In this document: one piece after another, positions 57,501 to 64,000 of the stretch
Layout of the letters: every line of letters begins with the position of its first letter
Numbering within the stretch: position 1 is the stretch's first letter
Assembly (NCBI GenBank): GCA_964016885.1
Contig: CAXHJY010000973.1
Location: 124,001 to 188,000, forward strand
Source of the DNA: Eledone cirrhosa
Taxonomy: Eukaryota
Direction of reading: 5' to 3'
Length of the DNA stretch: 64,000 nt
Program-made: the position numbers and the translations under genes
The notes under the pieces: generated by a model
What the model was told of the DNA's origin: nothing
The model's database searches: none
What the model saw: only the letters and a program-made list of their open reading frames with translations

Positions 57501-60500
57501 AACACAGTGATGGTAGGACATCTTAACAGTTACACCAACAACACAGTGATGGTAGGATATCTTAACAGTTAAGACCAACAACACAGTGATGGTAGGACAT
57601 CTTAACAGTTAAGACCAACAACTCAGTGATGGTAGGACATCTTAACAGTTAAGACCAACACAGTGACGAAGGACATCTTAACAGTTAGGACCAACAACAC
57701 AGTGATGGAAGGACATCTTAACAGTTAATACCAACAACACAGTGATGGAAGGACATCTTAACAGTTAAGACCAACAACACCGTGATGGAAGGACATCTTA
57801 ACAGTTAAGACCAACAACACAGTGATGGAAGGACGTCTTAACAGTTAAGACCAACAACACAGTGATGGAAGGACATCTTAACACTTAAGACCAACAACAC
57901 AGTGATGCTAGGTCATCTTAACAGTTAAGACCAACAGCACAGTGATGGAAGGTCATCTTAACAGTTAAGACCAACAACACAGTGTTGGAAGGACATCTTA
58001 ACAGTTAAGACGAACAGTGATGGTAGGACATCTTAACAGTTAAGACCAACAGCACAGTGATGGAAGGACATCTTAACAGTTAAGACTAACAACATAGTGA
58101 TGGTAACCATCTTAACAGTTAAGACCAACAAGACTGACGTAAGGACATTTTAACAGTTAAGACCAACAACACTGATGCAAGGACATCTTAACAGTTAGGA
58201 CCAACAACACAGTGATGGAAGGACATCTTAACAGTTAAGACCAACAACACAATGATGGAAGGACATCTTAACAGTTAAGACCAACAACACAGTGATGGAA
58301 GGACGTCTTAACAGTTAAGACCAACAACACAGTGATGGAAGGACATCTTAAGACTTAAGACCAACAACACAGTGATGCGAGGTCATCTTAACAGTTAAGA
58401 CCAACAGCACAGTGATGGAAGGACATCTTAACAGTTAAGACCAACAATAGTGATGGTAGGACATCTTAACAGTTAAGACCAACAACACAGTGATGGAAGG
58501 ACAGGTTAACAGTAAAGACCACCAACAGTGATGGAAGGTCATCTTAACAGTTAAGACCAACAACACAGTGATGGAAGGACATCTTAACAGTTAAGACCAA
58601 CAACACAGTGATGGAAGGACGTCTTAACAGTTAAGACCAACAACACAGAGATGGAAGGACATGTTAACAGTTAAGACCAACAACACAGTGATGGAAGGAC
58701 ATCTTAACAGTCAAGACCAACAACACAGTGATGGAAGGACATCTTAACAGTCAAGACCAACAACACAGTGATGGAAGGACATCTTAACAGTTAAGACCAA
58801 CAACACAGTGATGGTAGGACATCTTAACAGTTAAGACCAACAACACAGTGATGGAAGGACGTCTTAACAGTTAAGACCACCAACAGTGATGGAAGGTCAT
58901 CTTAACAGTTAAGACCAACAACACAGTGATGGAAGGTCATCTTAACAGTTAAGACCAACAACACAGTGATGGAAGGACATGTTAACAGTTAAGACCAACA
59001 ACACAGTGATGGAAGGACATCTTAACAGTTAAGACCAACAACACAGTGATGGAAGGACATCTTAACAGTCAAGACCAACAACACAGTGATGGAAGGACAT
59101 CTTAACAGTTAAGACCAACAACACAGTGATGGTAGGACATCTTAACACTTAAGACCAACAACACAGTGATGGAAGGACATCTTAACAGTTAAGACCAACA
59201 ACACAGTGATGGTAGGACATCTTAACAGTTAAGACCAACAACACAGTGATGGTAGGACATCTTAACAGTTAAGACCAACAACACAGTGATGGTAGGACAT
59301 CTTAACAGTCAAGACCAACAACACAGTGATGGAAGGACATCTTAACACTTAAGACCAACAACACAGTGATGGAAGGACATCTTAACACTTAAGACCAACA
59401 ACACAGTGATGGAAGGACATCTTAACAGTCAAGACCAACAACACAGTGATGGAAGGACATCTTAACAGTCAAGACCAACAACACAGTGATGGAAGGACAT
59501 CTTAACAGTTAAGACCAACAACACAGTGATGGAAGGACATCTTATCAGTTAAGACCAACAACACAGTGATGGAAGGACATCTTAACAGTTAAGACCAACA
59601 ACACAGTGATGGAAGGACATCTTAACAGTCAAGACCAACAACACAGTGATGGAAGGACATCTTAACAGTTAAGACCAACAACACAGTGATGGAAGGACAT
59701 CTTAACAGTTAAGACCAACAACACAGTGATGGAAGGACATCTTAACAGTCAAGACCAACAACACAGTGATGGAAGGACATCTTAACAGTCAAGACCAACA
59801 ACACAGTGATGGAAGGACATCTTAACAGTTAAGACCAACAACACAGTGATGGTAGGACATCTTAACAGTCATGACCAACAACAGTGATGGAAGGACATCT
59901 TAACAGTTAAGACCAACAACACAGTGATGGAAGGACATCTTAACAGTTAAGACCAACAACACAGTGATGGAAGGACATCTTAACAGTCAAGACCAACAAC
60001 ACAGTGATGGAAGGACATCTTAACAGTTAAGACCAACAACACAGTGATGGTAGGACATCTTAACAGTTAAGACCAACAACACAGTGATGGAAGGACATCT
60101 TAACAGTCAAGACCAACAACACAGTGATGGAAGGACATCTTAACAGTTAAGACCAACAACACAGTGATGGAAGGACATCTTAACAGTCAAGACCAACAAC
60201 ACAGTGATGGAAGGACATCTTAACAGTCAAGACCAACAACACAGTGATGGAAGGACATCTTAACAGTTAAGACCAACAACACAGTGATGGTAGGACATCT
60301 TAACAGTCAAGACCAACAACACAGTGATGGAAGGACATCTTAACAGTTAAGACCAACAACACAGTGATGGTAGGACATCTTAACAGTTAAGACCAACAAC
60401 ACAGTGATGGAAGGACATCTTAACAGTCAAGACCAACAACACAGTGATGGAAGGACATCTTAACAGTTAAGACCAACAACACAGTGATGGAAGGACATCT

Positions 60501-61534
60501 TAACAGTCAAGACCAACAACACAGTGATGGAAGGACATCTTAACAGTCAAGACCAACAACACAGTGATGGAAGGACATCTTAACACTTAAGACCAACAAC
60601 GCAGTGAAGGTAGGCCATCTTAACAGTCAAGACCAACAACACAGTGATGGTAGGACATCTTAACAGTTAAGACCAACAACACAGCGATGCAAGGACATCT
60701 TAACAGTTAAGACCAACAATACAGTGATGGTAGGACATCTTAACAGTTAAGACCAACAACACAGTGATGGAAGGACATCTTAACAGTGTAGACCAACAAC
60801 GCAGTGAAGGTAGGACATCTTAACAGTTAAGACCAGCAACACTGTGATGGTAGGACATCTTAACAGTTAAGAACAACAACACTGATGGAAGGACATCTTA
60901 ACAGTTAAGACCAACAACACAGTGATGGAAGGACATCTTAACAGTTAAGACCAACAACACAGTGATGGAAGGACATCTTAACAGTCAAGACCAACAACAC
61001 AGTGATGGAAGGACATCTTAACAGTTAAGACCAAGAACACAGTGATGGAAGGACATCTTAACAGTCAAGACCAACAACACAGTGATGGAAGGACATCTTA
61101 ACAGTTAAGACCAACAACACAGTGATGGAAGGACATCTTAAGTCAAGACCAACAACACAGTGATGGTAGGACATCTTAACAGTCAAGACCAACAACACAG
61201 TGATGGTAGGACATCTTAACAGTCAAGACCAACAACACAGTGATGGAAGGACATCTTAACAGTCAAGACCAACAACACAGTGATGGAAGGACATCTTAAC
61301 AGTCAAGACCAACAACACAGTGATGGAAGGACATCTTAACAGTTAATACCAACAACACAGTGATGGAAGGACATCTTAACAGTTAAGACCAACAACACAG
61401 TGATGGAAGGACATCTTAACAATTAAGACCAACAACACAGCGATGCAAGGACATCTTAACAGTTAAGACCAACAATAGAGTGATGGTAGGACATCTTAAC
61501 AGTTAAGACCAACAACACAGTGATGGAAGGACAT
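51272..61534. repeat. Near-perfect tandem duplication in array B, period 5110 bp
   Basis: Markers recur at +5110: CAACACAGAG 53531/58641, CTTATCAG 54431/59541, CCAAGAAC 55921/61031, the CTTA-AGTC deletion 56031/61141, AACAATAGAG 56361/61471. Confidence 0.88.
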
Positions 61535-64000
61535 CTTAACAGTGTAGACCAACAACGCAGTGAAGGTAGGACATCTTAACAGTTAAGACCAGCAACACTG
61601 TGATGGTAGGACATCTTAACAGTTAAGAACAACAACACTGATGGAAGGACATCTTAACAGTTAAGACCACCAACAGTGATGGTAGGACATCTTAACAGTT
61701 AAGATCAACAACACAGTGATGGTAGGATATCTTAACAGTTAAGACCAACAACACAGTGATGGAAGGACATCTTAACAATTAAGACCAACAACAGTGATGG
61801 TAGGACATCTTAACATGTAAGACGAACAGTGATGGTAGGACATCTTAACAGTTAAGACGAACAGTGATGGTAGGACATCTTAATAGTTAAGACCAACAAC
61901 ACAGTGATGGTAGGACATCTTAACAGTTAAGACCAACAACACAGTGATGGAAGGACATCTAAACAGTCAAGACCAACAACACAGTGATGGAAGGACATCT
62001 TAACAGTCAAGACCAACAACACAGTGATGGAAGGACATCTTAACACTTAAGACCAACAACGCAGTGAAGGTAGGCCATCTTAACAGTCAAGACCAACAAC
62101 ACAGTGATGGTAGGACATCTTAACAGTTAAGACCAACAACACAGCGATGCAAGGACATCTTAACAGTTAAGACCAACAATACAGTGATGGTAGGACATCT
62201 TAACAGTTAAGACCAACAACACAGTGATGGAAGGACAGCTTAACAGTGTAGACCAACAACGCAGTGAAGGTAGGACATCTTAACAGTTAAGACCAGCAAC
62301 ACTGTGATGGTAGGACATCTTAACAGTTAAGAAAAACAACACTGATGGAAGGACATCTTAACAGTTAAGACCAACAACACAGTGATGGAAGGACATCTTA
62401 ACAGTTAAGACCAACAACACAGTGATGGAAGGACATCTTAACAGTCAAGACCAACAACACAGTGATGGAAGGACATCTTAACAGTTAAGACCAACAACAC
62501 AGTGATGGAAGGACATCTTAACAGTCAAGACCAACAACACAGTGATGGAAGGACATCTTAACAGTTAAGACCAACAACACAGTGATGGAAGGACATCTTA
62601 ACAGTCAAGACCAACAACACAGTAATGGAAGGACATCTTAACAGTTAAGACCAACAACACAGTGATGGAAGGACATCTTAACAGTCAAGACCAACGACAC
62701 AGTGATGGTAGGACATCTTAACAGTCAAGACCAACAACACAGTGATGGTAGGACATCTTAACAGTCAAGACCAACAACACAGTGATGGAAGGACATCTTA
62801 ACAGTCAAGACCAACAACACAGTGATGGAAGGACATCTTAACAGTCAAGACCAACAACACAGTGATGGAAGGACATCTTAACAGTTAATACCAACAGCAC
62901 AGTGATGGAAGGACATCTTAACAGTTAAGACCAACAACACAGTGATGGAAGGACATCTTAACAGTTAAGACCAACAACACAGCGATGCAAGGACATCTTA
63001 ACAGTTAAGACCAACAATACAGTGATGGTAGGACATCTTAACAGTTAAGACCAACAACACAGTGATGGAAGGACATCTTAACAGTGTAGACCAACAACGC
63101 AGTGAAGGTAGGACATCTTAACAGTTAAGACCAGCAACACTGTGATGGTAGGACATCTTAACAGTCAAGACCAACAACACAGTGATGGTAGGACATCTTA
63201 ACAGTCAAGACCAACAACACAGTGATGGAAGGACATCTTAACAGTCAAGACCAACAACACAGTGATGGAAGGACATCTTAACACTTAAGACCAACAACAC
63301 AGTGATGAAAGGACATCTTAGCAGTTAAGACCAACAACACAGTGATGGAAGGACATCTTAACACTTAAGACCAACAACACAGTGATGAAAGGACATCTTA
63401 ACAGTTAAGACCAACAACACAGTGATGGAAGGACATCTTAACAGATAAGACCAACAACACAGTGATGGAAGGACATCTTAACAGTTAAGACCAACAACAC
63501 AGTGATGGAAGGACATCTTAACGCTTAAGACCAACAACACAGTGATGAAAGGACATCTTAACAGTCAAGACCAACAACACAGTGATGAAAGGACATCTTA
63601 ACAGTTAAGACCAACAACACAGTGATGGAAGGACATCTTAACAGTTAAGACCAACAACACAGTGATGGAAGGACATCTTAACAGTTAAGACCAACAACAC
63701 AGTGATGGAAGGACATCTTAACAGTCAAGACCAACAACACAGTGATAGAAGGACATCTTAACACATAAGACCAACAACACAGTGATGAAAGGACATCTTA
63801 ACAGTTAAGACCAACAACACAGTGATGGAAGGACATCTTAACAGTTAAGACCAACAACACAGTGATGGAAGGACATCTTAACACTTAAGACCAACAACAC
63901 AGTGATGGTAGGACATCTTAACACTTAAGACCAACAACACAGTGATGGTAGGACATCTTAACAGTTAAGACCAACAACACAATGATGGTAGGGCATCTTA

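Larger units (their letters stand above)
27581..64000. repeat. Tandem minisatellite/satellite array B, 40-bp unit (36-39-bp variants), roughly 900 units, truncated by the window end; probably intronic
   Basis: Consensus AGACCAACAACACAGTGATGG(A/T)AGGACATCTTAACAGTTA repeats head to tail. The first unit (27581-27620) is degenerate. Each unit junction contains the palindrome TCTTAAC-A-GTTAAGA. Confidence 0.99.

Noticed and set aside
27581-64000. CRISPR array (palindromic repeat of ~40 bp)
   Set aside because: Units abut directly with no unique spacers, there are no cas genes, and the context is spliceosomal.
27608-64000. piggyBac/MITE remnants suggested by TTAA pairs
   Set aside because: The TTAAs are arms of the internal dyad. 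No terminal inverted repeats, transposase or inserted element were seen.
1-64000. Common ancestry of arrays A and B (shared TAGGACA, AGTTA(A/G)GAC)
   Set aside because: Matches are only 7-9 bp and the units cannot be aligned over their length by eye; compatible with chance.
1-64000. Centromeric satellite
   Set aside because: No diagnostic motif or nucleosome-length unit, and an intact exon interrupts the arrays. It cannot be supported without CENP-A data.

Overview
Eukaryotic (probably animal) genomic DNA. Almost the whole window is two unrelated tandem arrays: array A (53/49-bp unit, 1-27340, runs off the left edge) and array B (40-bp unit, ~27581-64000, runs off the right edge). About 240 bp of unique sequence separates them. 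It holds one 138-bp minus-strand coding exon (27388-27525, phase 0/0, consensus acceptor and donor) whose peptide resembles, from memory, the acidic '...LVAEPQK' exon of condensin I kleisin NCAPH/Barren. The arrays are therefore probably expanded introns of a minus-strand gene. On that strand each 53-bp A unit reads like a complete mini-intron (GT...CTAAC...pyrimidines...CAG), so about 500 CAG|GT junctions lie head to tail, a candidate recursive-splicing ladder. Array B has a TCTTAAC-A-GTTAAGA palindrome per unit, two palindrome-bounded inversions, and 2-6 kb near-perfect duplications. All other ORFs in the track are repeat artefacts. No CRISPR, RNA gene or transposon is supported.
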